Source: Candidatus Obscuribacterales bacterium (GTDB taxonomy: Bacteria; Cyanobacteriota; Vampirovibrionia; Obscuribacterales; Obscuribacteraceae). Taken from it: a DNA stretch of 20,104 bases. The stretch spans positions 1 to 20,104 of the forward strand of contig JAKFUT010000352.1 in NCBI GenBank assembly GCA_021732565.1, written 5' to 3'. Positions 1 to 8,301 of this stretch are shown one piece after another. Below the pieces are notes generated by a model that made no database searches, was not told where the DNA came from, and worked only from the letters and a program-made list of their open reading frames with translations. The position numbers were made by a program, and so were the translations under genes. Each line of letters begins with the position of its first letter. Position 1 is the first letter of the stretch.

Positions 1-1894
1 TGCAAAGTCGCCGCAAACCACTACTGCGGTCACTGAAATTCAGACGCTCAAAAAGATGATTGAGAGCAAAGACAAGGTACTTGACGATAAAGCCGCTTCC
101 TTGAAAGAGCGTGAGAACTCCTTGCGGAGTCTCAACCTGCTATATGAGAAAGATATGCAGGAAGCGAAGAAGGAAAAGACGGTTCTCTTTCTCAAAGAAG
201 CGGAGAATCAGTTTCTTGACAAGCTCACCTCTGAAATCGATTCGAAAACCAATGCACGCGATATCGCCGAAACCTTGCTTCGCGGGTTGAATGCAGAATT
301 TCCCAATTCCGTTGAATTTGCGCTTTTCTTTAGTGCCACTGGAAAACAAGAGAATATTTTGCTTGCTCACATAGGCTTTAGCAGTAATCCTGTGGAAGTC
401 TACAAAGGCTTGTCGGTTATGCGTGCCATGCCGGAAGTCGACAGCGAACTGGAGTGTACAGTCGTTGAAGCTTCTCAGGTGCGTGAGGCTCAGTTCCGCG
501 AAATCTGTGAATTGATGGCGGCACGGCAAGTAATTTTATGTCCAGTAACACATTTGCAGCGGCGACTGGCAACACTGGTGATATTTTTCAGAGGTCAACC
601 GCAGTCGCTCGAGCACATTACTCGCGTGCTGAATCGCGCATCCTCGATCACTGCCAAGACTTTATTCCACATCGCCGTTTACGAAGAGCACATTGAGGCC
701 GCACGTACAGACCAGTTAACCGGATATCGCAACAAGACCTATCTTTCGCACTTGCTTCCTCAGCTTTTGGAACATGGTGATCTGCCGATCTCCGAGCGAT
801 ACTTTTCCTTCTTCTTAATAGAAGGACACGATGTGATTTCGATTAACGAAAAGTTCGGGCGCCCCGCCGGCGATGCCATGATTGCAGAACTGGGACGACG
901 CGTCGAGAAACTGTTGCAGCAGCGCCGAAACGAGACTATGGGCGGCTGGGGCGATTATCTCATTCGTTATCAGGGCTCGCAGTTCCTCATAATTCTTCAT
1001 TCCGTCGATTCCAAGAAAGCGACAATTTTTGCCCAGCGCTTACGTCAGGTCGTTGACCAATCAGAGTGGCCATGCGGTCTTGCTAAATGGCCAACCGCCA
1101 TTGGTATTAGTTCGTTTCCGGAAGATACCAGAAATCCGGAAGAGATTCTTGTCAATATCGAAACTGCTCTTTCGTATGCAAGGGGGCAATCGGAGCGCAA
1201 CAAGATTGCCCATATTTCCCAGGTTCCCAAAGCCTTTCGCTCCGCAAAGTTGGCGGCGAACTTGGGAGGCTCCCTTGATGTATTTGACCCTGCGGCATTG
1301 CTGCAGTCGCTATCGATCAGTCGCAAGAGCGGCATTCTCACTGTCACACATCCTGACGGAAAGCAGTTCTGGTGCTATCTCGATAACGGGCGTCCGACCA
1401 AAGCAAGGCTGGGTAAGTTTGGTGGCTCGGTTTCCATTATCGAATTTCTTGTTCTCTTCGAATCGGGAGATTTCAGCTTCACCGACCACCAGAGTATTGA
1501 CAAGCAAACAGTGGAAGACATTCGCAAACTTGACAAAACATTCGACGTAACGGGCTCACTTGAGCGCGCACTGATGGATGGAGCACTGGCGCATGATCAC
1601 TTTATGTCTGCCAAGGATGTAATTAAGCAATTGGATTTGTTCGTTTGGCCGCAGCCTGCCACCAAGAATGGTGACTTTCTCGCACCGCTCAGGGAAACCC
1701 GCGACCCTCCATCGAATGAAGAAGAAAAGGTTATGAAGGAGATCGTCAAGTTGGCAAACGGGCGCGTTATGCTGAAGACGATCTTTGAGCGTCTCGACAA
1801 TCAGCCGACGCATGCTCTGTGGCGGGGCGCGGCATTGCTTGTGCAAAACGATCTAATTCAATTGAAGAAGCTTGCCACCAGTATTGGCGTGTAG
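1..1894 (+). CDS. Multidomain signalling protein, 5'-partial. It has an N-terminal coiled coil, a GAF-like domain, a degenerate GGDEF domain (motif RYQGSQF) and a C-terminal DUF4388 domain
   Basis: The ORF track gives 56..1894, but the same frame stays open back to nt 2 (AKSPQTTTATVTEIQTLKK...), so the true start probably lies upstream of the window. A GGDEF-type fold is recognisable from DQLTGYRNKTYL, then FLIEGHDVISINEKFGRPAGDAMIAELGRRV, then the signature position reading RYQGSQF (nt 965-985) where canonical proteins have RYGGEEF. The C-terminus, LLQSLSISRKSGILTVTHPDGKQFWCYLDNGRPTKARLGKFGGSVSIIEFLVLFESGDFSFTD, fits the DUF4388 consensus. Confidence 0.8.
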   Translation, partial: AKSPQTTTAVTEIQTLKKMIESKDKVLDDKAASLKERENSLRSLNLLYEKDMQEAKKEKTVLFLKEAENQFLDKLTSEIDSKTNARDIAETLLRGLNAEFPNSVEFALFFSATGKQENILLAHIGFSSNPVEVYKGLSVMRAMPEVDSELECTVVEASQVREAQFREICELMAARQVILCPVTHLQRRLATLVIFFRGQPQSLEHITRVLNRASSITAKTLFHIAVYEEHIEAARTDQLTGYRNKTYLSHLLPQLLEHGDLPISERYFSFFLIEGHDVISINEKFGRPAGDAMIAELGRRVEKLLQQRRNETMGGWGDYLIRYQGSQFLIILHSVDSKKATIFAQRLRQVVDQSEWPCGLAKWPTAIGISSFPEDTRNPEEILVNIETALSYARGQSERNKIAHISQVPKAFRSAKLAANLGGSLDVFDPAALLQSLSISRKSGILTVTHPDGKQFWCYLDNGRPTKARLGKFGGSVSIIEFLVLFESGDFSFTDHQSIDKQTVEDIRKLDKTFDVTGSLERALMDGALAHDHFMSAKDVIKQLDLFVWPQPATKNGDFLAPLRETRDPPSNEEEKVMKEIVKLANGRVMLKTIFERLDNQPTHALWRGAALLVQNDLIQLKKLATSIGV

Positions 1895-2315
1895 CCCATT
1901 GGAGCGCACAGATTAACTTCTGCTTTTGGATGTCGCCAATCTCTATGCGAACTCAGTCAACGGCTGTTTGCCTGTTCCAGGGCTTTCCTGGTTCGGTTCC
2001 GCAGAAGATACAACGGCAACTAACAGGCGAAACCGGCCAGTGCGTTCCGCGCCGGCCTGAATGCAAATCCATCTCATTTCATTGCTGACCGACCAGTCTC
2101 CGGCGACATGGAAAATTGCGCCATACGATCGCGACGTGAGGACGTCAAGTTGATTGGATGTCGCGGAGACCCGCCACTCTCTGTCCTCGTGTAAACGAGT
2201 GCATAGCTGATCCGGGGAAACTCGCACTCTCAGTTCTTAGGGGAACGCGAGGCTGGTGACAGCCCCGCTTTCATAGCGTCTGAATTCCCGACGTTTACGG
2301 TCTTTGTTGCTAAGG

Positions 2316-2337
2316 GAAAATTGCTTTCGCAATTTTC
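2316..2337. repeat. Perfect 9-bp inverted repeat GAAAATTGC-tttc-GCAATTTTC
   Basis: This is an exact palindrome in the non-coding stretch between the GGDEF-family gene and tRNA-Phe. It is AT-rich and has no adjacent U-tract on either strand. Confidence 0.35.
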
Positions 2338-2570
2338 GATATAAATACGATGACCGCTAAATGAAGAACGGCAGATACTCAAAGTCACAAAATGCCTGCG
2401 CAGTCATGGCAGGCAGGTTCTCCAAGTGGCAACACTGATTCAGCATCTCTAATGTGAGTGCGCGAGCCTGTCAACACCAACGATCCAAGTTGAGCCTGCG
2501 CCTAAGGATGAGCGTAAAGCGAAGATTCAACGGGCGCACCACGCTGGCGCCGTACTTTCTAACTGGTCTA

Positions 2571-2643
<73 letters not shown>

Positions 2644-2655
2644 GCACAGAAGGAA

Positions 2656-2664
2656 AATATACCA
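2656..2664 (-). promoter_or_regulatory. Putative extended -10 promoter element (TGgTATATT) for tRNA-Phe
   Basis: On the minus strand TGGTATATT ends about 12 nt upstream of the tRNA 5' end. A TTGACA at 2690-2695 (minus strand) lies 28 nt upstream, which is too far to serve as a standard -35. Confidence 0.3.
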
Positions 2665-2713
2665 CACCCGGGTAAGAGCTGCTGTGCTCTGTCAACAAGC
2701 TTTGCGGATCGGC

Positions 2714-3079
2714 TCAGGCTTCGTATCTGGGAATGAATTCCGGATTGTCATCGCCAAACACATCGGTGGTTGAAAGGTCGATCTTGCGATTTGAAGTCCT
2801 GGCAACATATTCCCCGCAGCCGAAACAGAAGGATGCCTGTAGCGGAAGCACGGTCTTGCAGGTAAGGCAAATCTTAGTATCGCGCGTTGTCCGCGTCGAT
2901 AGTTTCTCGCCGCACGCCATGCAGAACTTGTCAGCGTGGCGTACTCGTCTTGTGCAACACGGGCAGAGCATCGCTTCCTTTTCGGGAGCCACCTCTCGCG
3001 AGGACCGGCGGTCACCGCATTCTCTGCAAAAGTTTGCGTTTTCACGGTTTTCAGCAGAACAATGCGGGCACAGGTACAT
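2714..3079 (-). CDS. Small protein with three tandem zinc-ribbon (CxxC...CxxC) modules
   Basis: The 121-aa product carries CPHC...CREC, CPCC...CMAC and CLTC...CFGC, i.e. three double-CxxC units with zinc-ribbon-like spacing. A GAGAGG SD sits about 9 nt upstream of the ATG. Two competing overlapping ORFs in other frames (2692..3102 on minus, 2733..3224 on plus) have no motifs. Confidence 0.65.
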   Translation of the reverse strand: MYLCPHCSAENRENANFCRECGDRRSSREVAPEKEAMLCPCCTRRVRHADKFCMACGEKLSTRTTRDTKICLTCKTVLPLQASFCFGCGEYVARTSNRKIDLSTTDVFGDDNPEFIPRYEA

Positions 3080-3111
3080 TCCAAGCGACCTCTCAAATGC
3101 ACATATATACT

Positions 3112-5319
3112 TTAATAGTCGTTTTCCAACAACGACAATTCTACTGGCGCTTCTGAGGAATGTGTTTTCACTCGGTATTGTCGCGTGTAGCCCTCATATC
3201 CATCGCGGCTGCATGTCGATGTGAAGATGCCTTCCTCGAAGGTCAAATTCCAATGATTGAAGGCCCCGCGGTTACAGGCAAACGAATGACCGTCATCCTC
3301 ATAAAAGGCACCGAATGCGGTGTCACCGAACACATGAAAACAAACTTCGGTACCGGTATATTCGGCAGTTGACTGCATAATGCTAGCCAACGGAATGATG
3401 GCGCCTTCTCGTGCGAAAGCCGGCACCTTCCCCAATTCCAGGTTGATGGCATGATAACCCGGACCCTGTACGACCTCGCCTCCCTCAAAGGGATGCCACC
3501 GTCCCGCGGGAAAATAGACCGGGCGAGTGTGCGTTGATCGTTCCACCACCGGTGCAACCAGAATGTCTTTGCCAAACATAAATTGATCGCTGATATCGCC
3601 AACAATTTTATCCTCAGGATAATGCCAGAGCATAGGACGCATTAGAGGAGCACCGGTGAGTCGATGCTCATAGAAAAGCGTTTCTATGTAGGGAAGCAAC
3701 CGGTATCGAGTTTCAATAAGATGCCGTATCTTCGACTCAATGGCATCGCCGAACATCCACGGTTCCTGCGAGCGGCTCTCCATCATGCTATGGTTGCGAA
3801 AGAAAGGGTAGAAAATTCCTTGTTCATACCAGCGAACCAGCAACTCCGGTGTGGTGTGTCCGCCGAAGCCTCCTATGTCTACTCCGCAAAATGCGCAGCC
3901 GGACATACCCATGTTCAACAACATCGGTACAGCCTTTCGCAGGTGCTCATACCATGAATTGTTATCGCCCAGCCATACCGCTGCATATCGTTGAATTCCG
4001 GCATAGGCTGCGCGAGTCAACACAAAAGGTCGTTCATCGGGACGGTGTTTGAGCAGCCCGTCGCTGGTGGCGCGGCACATTTCCATACCGTACAGATTTC
4101 GCACTTCAAGGTGGCCGACAGGCCCTGTTTCGGTTTCATGAACGAAGAGTTGATCTTGTTCTTCAGGCAGCTCAACAGCCGCCGGATTCAGCGGCTGTTT
4201 AATGCCGAAGAAAGCCGGTTCGTTCATGTCGTTCCAGATGCCGGCAATTCCCTGATCCGTATAGAACTTCAGCTTCTCACCCCACCAACTGCGGGTGGCT
4301 TCTTTCAGGAAATCAGGAAATACGGAAAGCCCGGGCCACACTTGCTCGGTGAAGAGAGAACCATCGGCCTTTCGACAAAACATGTCGCGGCGTTCACCTT
4401 CTTTGTATAAAGGAAAGCCGTTATCGCGCTTCACACCGGGATCAACGATAGTGACCAGTTTGAAGTTGCTTGCCGAGAGATCCGATATCATCGCGCCAAA
4501 GCGAGGAAATCGCTCGTGCGACATGGTGAAGACCTTATATTCGTCCATGTAATCAATGTCGAGCACCAGCGTATCGCAAGGAATTTGACGTGCGCGAAAT
4601 TCCACCGCTAACTGGCGCAACGTCGGCTCATCAGGATAACTCCAGCGAGACTGAAAATGACCTAGCGCCCATCGCGGCGGTTGAGTTGCTCGCCCGGTCA
4701 ACGTGGTGTAAGCAGCCACCAGATTCGGTGCACTGGCTGGACCCAGTATGTAAAGGCGCCAGCCTCTGCGGCTGAGCAAGCTGATCCGTCCGATCTGCTG
4801 GAATTCGGTGTCAAGTTCCCATATCTGGGGTGCCGGGGAGTCCAAAAAAATAGCGTGAGATTGATCGCCATTGTACAAAAGGAGAAACGGAATTGCTTTG
4901 TACAACGCGTCGGCCGATTCGTTGTGGTCGGAATTGTCGGTGGCCAGCAGTGTGTGGGTGGCACCACGCAGGTCGAGGGCTGAAAACCGTTCGCCCAATC
5001 CGAGGCATCGCACTTTCGCGGGTAAATCAAATTCGAATTCAAAACGTCCAGACAAAACTTGCTTCCAGTGCAATCCCAGTGGCAGGTCCGATCGCTTGGA
5101 GGCAGACCATTCAGGCTCTAAGACTACGGCCGGGGTTGCAGGTGGTGCTGCGTCGTCACTTGTCCACGCACGACACAGCGAGATTGGTACGCTGTCAATC
5201 TTGCCTCGGTGGCATGATGATCCGCCTGCAAATTTATCGGGAAGATCGCTGAAAGTTTGACCATCTTCAGGTTTGCGGCGTGCGCGGGTCCAATCTGCGG
5301 AACCTGTTTGAACCGTCAT
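3112..5319 (-). CDS. Glycoside hydrolase family 31 (alpha-glucosidase or alpha-xylosidase type)
   Basis: The ORF is 735 aa. It contains the GH31 catalytic-nucleophile signature GIWNDMNEP, an upstream DIDYMD motif and the overall GH31 length. An SD of GGGAG lies about 9 nt upstream of the ATG. Confidence 0.9.
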   Translation of the reverse strand: MTVQTGSADWTRARRKPEDGQTFSDLPDKFAGGSSCHRGKIDSVPISLCRAWTSDDAAPPATPAVVLEPEWSASKRSDLPLGLHWKQVLSGRFEFEFDLPAKVRCLGLGERFSALDLRGATHTLLATDNSDHNESADALYKAIPFLLLYNGDQSHAIFLDSPAPQIWELDTEFQQIGRISLLSRRGWRLYILGPASAPNLVAAYTTLTGRATQPPRWALGHFQSRWSYPDEPTLRQLAVEFRARQIPCDTLVLDIDYMDEYKVFTMSHERFPRFGAMISDLSASNFKLVTIVDPGVKRDNGFPLYKEGERRDMFCRKADGSLFTEQVWPGLSVFPDFLKEATRSWWGEKLKFYTDQGIAGIWNDMNEPAFFGIKQPLNPAAVELPEEQDQLFVHETETGPVGHLEVRNLYGMEMCRATSDGLLKHRPDERPFVLTRAAYAGIQRYAAVWLGDNNSWYEHLRKAVPMLLNMGMSGCAFCGVDIGGFGGHTTPELLVRWYEQGIFYPFFRNHSMMESRSQEPWMFGDAIESKIRHLIETRYRLLPYIETLFYEHRLTGAPLMRPMLWHYPEDKIVGDISDQFMFGKDILVAPVVERSTHTRPVYFPAGRWHPFEGGEVVQGPGYHAINLELGKVPAFAREGAIIPLASIMQSTAEYTGTEVCFHVFGDTAFGAFYEDDGHSFACNRGAFNHWNLTFEEGIFTSTCSRDGYEGYTRQYRVKTHSSEAPVELSLLENDY

Positions 5320-5393
5320 GTTTGCCGACTCCCTTCTGTTTCGATTCGTTGATGAAACGATGAATTCGATTGCCTGAAAAACCTTGTTCTTCG

Positions 5394-6596
5394 TTAGCGT
5401 GTTGGTCGTTCTGCTAACTTAGCATTGAGCTTGAGAAGTCGTTCTCTGGCCGCCATGAGTGTTTCTTCTTTCTTGGCAAAACAGAATCGTATGTAGTTGT
5501 TTCCACGATCGCCGGGGCGAAAGAAACTAGAACCTGGAACTGCTGCCACGCCCACATCTTTCACCAGGAATTCGGTGAAGCGCACATCACTATCAAATCC
5601 GAATCGGCTGATGTTGCAAAATACATAATATGCGCCATCTGGTTTGTAATAGGGAATGCCACATTCAAGCAGAATTGATAGCATCGTATCGCGCCGAACT
5701 GCATATTCACTGGCTAGTTTGGCGTAGTAAGGAAGCGGCATCTGCATCGCTGTTGCACCGGCTCGCTGAAGCGGTGCCGCCGCTCCGACTGTTAGAAAAT
5801 CATGCACTTTCCGAATCGCTGCGGTAAGTTCCGGTGGTGCCAGCACGGTTCCCAGTCTCCAGCCGGTAACGCTGTACGTTTTGGACAAGCTGTTTACCGA
5901 AACTGTGAGCTCTTTCATACCGGGCAGTGCAGACATGGCTTCGTGCTTCACACCGTCGAATGTAATGTGCTCGTAGGGTTCGTCGGTGAAAACGTAGACA
6001 CCATGCTTCTGGCATAGTCGCGCGATAACTTCCAACTCTGCTTTAGTGAAAACCTTGCCAGTGGGGTTATGAGGCGTATTCAGTACCAGGGCCCGTGTGC
6101 GATTGTTGAATGCTGCTTCCAATTCTTTTTCGTCAAAGCTCCAATCTGGCGCATTCAATGAAACATAACGCGGACGGGCTCCAGCAAGAATTGCATCTGG
6201 TCCGTAATTTTCATAATAAGGCTCGAACACAATTACTTCATCTTCGGGGTCGACCAGAGCCAACATCGTGGCTATCATCCCTTCGGTGGCTCCGCAGGTC
6301 ACTGTTATCTCTGTCTCGGGATCGTATTCGACGCCGATCCACTGTTTGTACTTAGCCGAAATGGCGTCGCGAAAGAACTTGTCGCCCCAAGTAATGGCAT
6401 ATTGATTGACATCGTCGTTAACGGCCTGACATGCCGCAGCCTTGAGCTCGTCCGGGCAAGGGAAATCGGGCATTCCTTGTGCCAGGTTGACGCACTTGTG
6501 CTTGACCGAGAGCCTCGTCATTTCTCGTATTACAGATTCGGTGAAGGTGCTTGCCTTCGTCGAGATTCGCTTACGCAGTTCAGGCGAGATGCTCAT
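5394..6596 (-). CDS. Class I/II PLP-dependent aminotransferase (aspartate/kynurenine aminotransferase-like)
   Basis: SLSKTYSVTGWRLG places the PLP lysine in the typical fold-type-I context. NPTGKVFTKAELE and the overall length match the AAT family. I chose the ATG at 6596 (MSISPE...), which is preceded by GGGAGTTATC, over the track start at 6626. Confidence 0.88.
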   Translation of the reverse strand: MSISPELRKRISTKASTFTESVIREMTRLSVKHKCVNLAQGMPDFPCPDELKAAACQAVNDDVNQYAITWGDKFFRDAISAKYKQWIGVEYDPETEITVTCGATEGMIATMLALVDPEDEVIVFEPYYENYGPDAILAGARPRYVSLNAPDWSFDEKELEAAFNNRTRALVLNTPHNPTGKVFTKAELEVIARLCQKHGVYVFTDEPYEHITFDGVKHEAMSALPGMKELTVSVNSLSKTYSVTGWRLGTVLAPPELTAAIRKVHDFLTVGAAAPLQRAGATAMQMPLPYYAKLASEYAVRRDTMLSILLECGIPYYKPDGAYYVFCNISRFGFDSDVRFTEFLVKDVGVAAVPGSSFFRPGDRGNNYIRFCFAKKEETLMAARERLLKLNAKLAERPTR

Positions 6597-6866
6597 GATA
6601 ACTCCCTTGTTACGGCACGGACGCACTCAGGCGCCTGTGATCAGCGCAGAGATCATACTGTAGTTTACCGGCTATATGTGATCTAGACTTGGCTGCGCCG
6701 GGCGGATATGGCGTTGAGCCGCCCACTGATGCAGAACTCGTCGGTGTCCTCCCTGCAACAGCTTGATGTTACTGGGAAAGGAGTTCCTGAATTCTCAAGG
6801 GTTTTGATCAATCTTATTCAATTATTTGAAACATTAGTTATCGGTTGACAAGGCTTTGACCTGAGA

Positions 6867-6983
6867 TCAGTCATCTTTTGGTCTCCTAATGTCTTCAATG
6901 GCTCCAGGTACAAAATAGAGGATGAACCAAAGCACAAGCCCTATCGATAGAACGACAAGAGACAGTAAGAACACAAATTCCAT
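6867..6983 (-). CDS. Possible 38-aa hydrophobic micro-protein (MEFVFLLSLVVLSIGLVLWFILYFVPGAIEDIRRPKDD)
   Basis: A single predicted TM helix with a charged C-terminus lies 55 nt downstream of the SpoIID-like gene on the same strand. It has no convincing SD and is below the ORF-track length cutoff. Confidence 0.2.
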   Translation of the reverse strand: MEFVFLLSLVVLSIGLVLWFILYFVPGAIEDIRRPKDD

Positions 6984-7038
6984 AGCTGTGAGCAAGGATA
7001 CCAACTTTGCTGCAAAGTGAGCCTATGACAAGCATAGC

Positions 7039-8235
7039 CTATTTAGGTAGAACCACGCTCCCGGGAAAGTAGTGATGCAGTATTTCTTTGTAAGAACGAC
7101 CAGCCAGGGCCATCCCGCTGGCTCCCCACTGACAATAACCTACTCCATGTCCAGCTCCCGTTGAGCGAAGTTCTATCTTGCCGTTTTTTTCCTGCGCGCT
7201 GAACCTGGTGCCCGGCAGTTTGTCCCAACCGAATTTTTGCCCGACCCGAAGCCAAAATTGATAGCCGCACTCCCTCGTGCCGTCACGATATTTCAAAACT
7301 AGCGGACGCCCCGCCGCATCGGTTTTCTCTACAACCGGTATGCCAGAAGGACAGTTTCGCATGAACAATTCCGATGGAATTACCGTTATCTTTTCGGACC
7401 AAAACGGTGATTCCTTACAGAAGTCGCACTTCACGCTTGCGTCACACATCATCGTCGGCTTCTTGTTGGAAAAGACCTGGCTGGAACTGGTGCCTCCAGC
7501 GCAAGTGGAGTGAAAATATACTGGCACTGGTGTGCCGTTGCACAATAGTCTGGCTCCTCTTGTGGCATTGAATGCGCGACGGGCTTCCGGCCGTTCGTAC
7601 TCAACACCGAGGTACGCCTGAGTTTGCGTACTATCCAGAAGTTTATCTCCTGGCTTGTACCGTAGCAACAGGGTTTGAACCAATACGCACTGCGCTTTGA
7701 GTGCCTCCTGCGGTGTCTTTGGCAATGACTCGCTGCCGACAACAGATATGACGTAATCCGGCAACTTGACGACATTCTTTATCGACAATGTCTCGCCTTT
7801 TTGCGGTGTAATGAGCAGAGTGCCTCGATATTGGCGGCTGGTGCCATCGGTTAGATGGACCGCAATTTTTTGTGCTCCGGCCTTTATCACCGCTCTGCGG
7901 CCAATGGCCATTCCCGATTCGCTTGCTTGAATTTTGAATTGCGGAGATGCACGTTTACTTTCCCGTAAATGTAAAATGCCGTGCACATTAGTAATTTCGA
8001 ATAAACCACGCATGCCCGGAGAAGTGCCTCGCGAGTCGATGGTGAATGGCGCCTCTAATATGACGCTCTTAAGCGCCGGTCTGGCAGCGAAAAGATCCAC
8101 GGTAATAAGATCGGCGCAGTAAACGAGCGAACAATTAAACATCAATCCGGCCAGTAGTAAGACCTCCACCGCCAGCAGTTTTCGGCGGAGTTGTTCCGGC
8201 GGGTTAGATTGTCCATTCGTTCTAGTTTGGTTCAT
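7039..8235 (-). CDS. SpoIID/LytB-domain protein (amidase-enhancer family) with N-terminal signal anchor
   Basis: Conserved SpoIID motifs are present: PQEALKAQCV, YFHSTCAGGTSS and GYCQWGASGMALAGRSYKEILHHYFPG. An N-terminal hydrophobic segment reads LLAVEVLLLAGLMF. An SD of GAGGAAAC precedes the ATG. Confidence 0.85.
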   Translation of the reverse strand: MNQTRTNGQSNPPEQLRRKLLAVEVLLLAGLMFNCSLVYCADLITVDLFAARPALKSVILEAPFTIDSRGTSPGMRGLFEITNVHGILHLRESKRASPQFKIQASESGMAIGRRAVIKAGAQKIAVHLTDGTSRQYRGTLLITPQKGETLSIKNVVKLPDYVISVVGSESLPKTPQEALKAQCVLVQTLLLRYKPGDKLLDSTQTQAYLGVEYERPEARRAFNATRGARLLCNGTPVPVYFHSTCAGGTSSSQVFSNKKPTMMCDASVKCDFCKESPFWSEKITVIPSELFMRNCPSGIPVVEKTDAAGRPLVLKYRDGTRECGYQFWLRVGQKFGWDKLPGTRFSAQEKNGKIELRSTGAGHGVGYCQWGASGMALAGRSYKEILHHYFPGSVVLPK

Positions 8236-8301
8236 GTTTCCTCAGGCTAGCATACTTCGCTATGCGCCCGAGAGTTCTTACTGGTAAACGCAACGGCCGG
8301 A

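Noticed and set aside
140-1846. Multiple 60-170-aa ORFs on both strands inside the GGDEF-family gene (for example 1029..1550 on plus, 1556..1846 on minus)
   Set aside because: They are nested inside a long ORF with clear domain signatures. Their products are Arg/Ser-rich and show no motifs.
1943-2227. 94-aa minus-strand ORF in the gap between the GGDEF-family gene and tRNA-Phe
   Set aside because: It has no RBS and its product has no hydrophobic core pattern or motifs. The region is better explained as an untranslated spacer.
3160-5260. Several 60-140-aa ORFs on both strands within the GH31 gene
   Set aside because: The same reasoning applies. The GH31 frame is unbroken and carries catalytic signatures, so the alternative frames are shadow ORFs.
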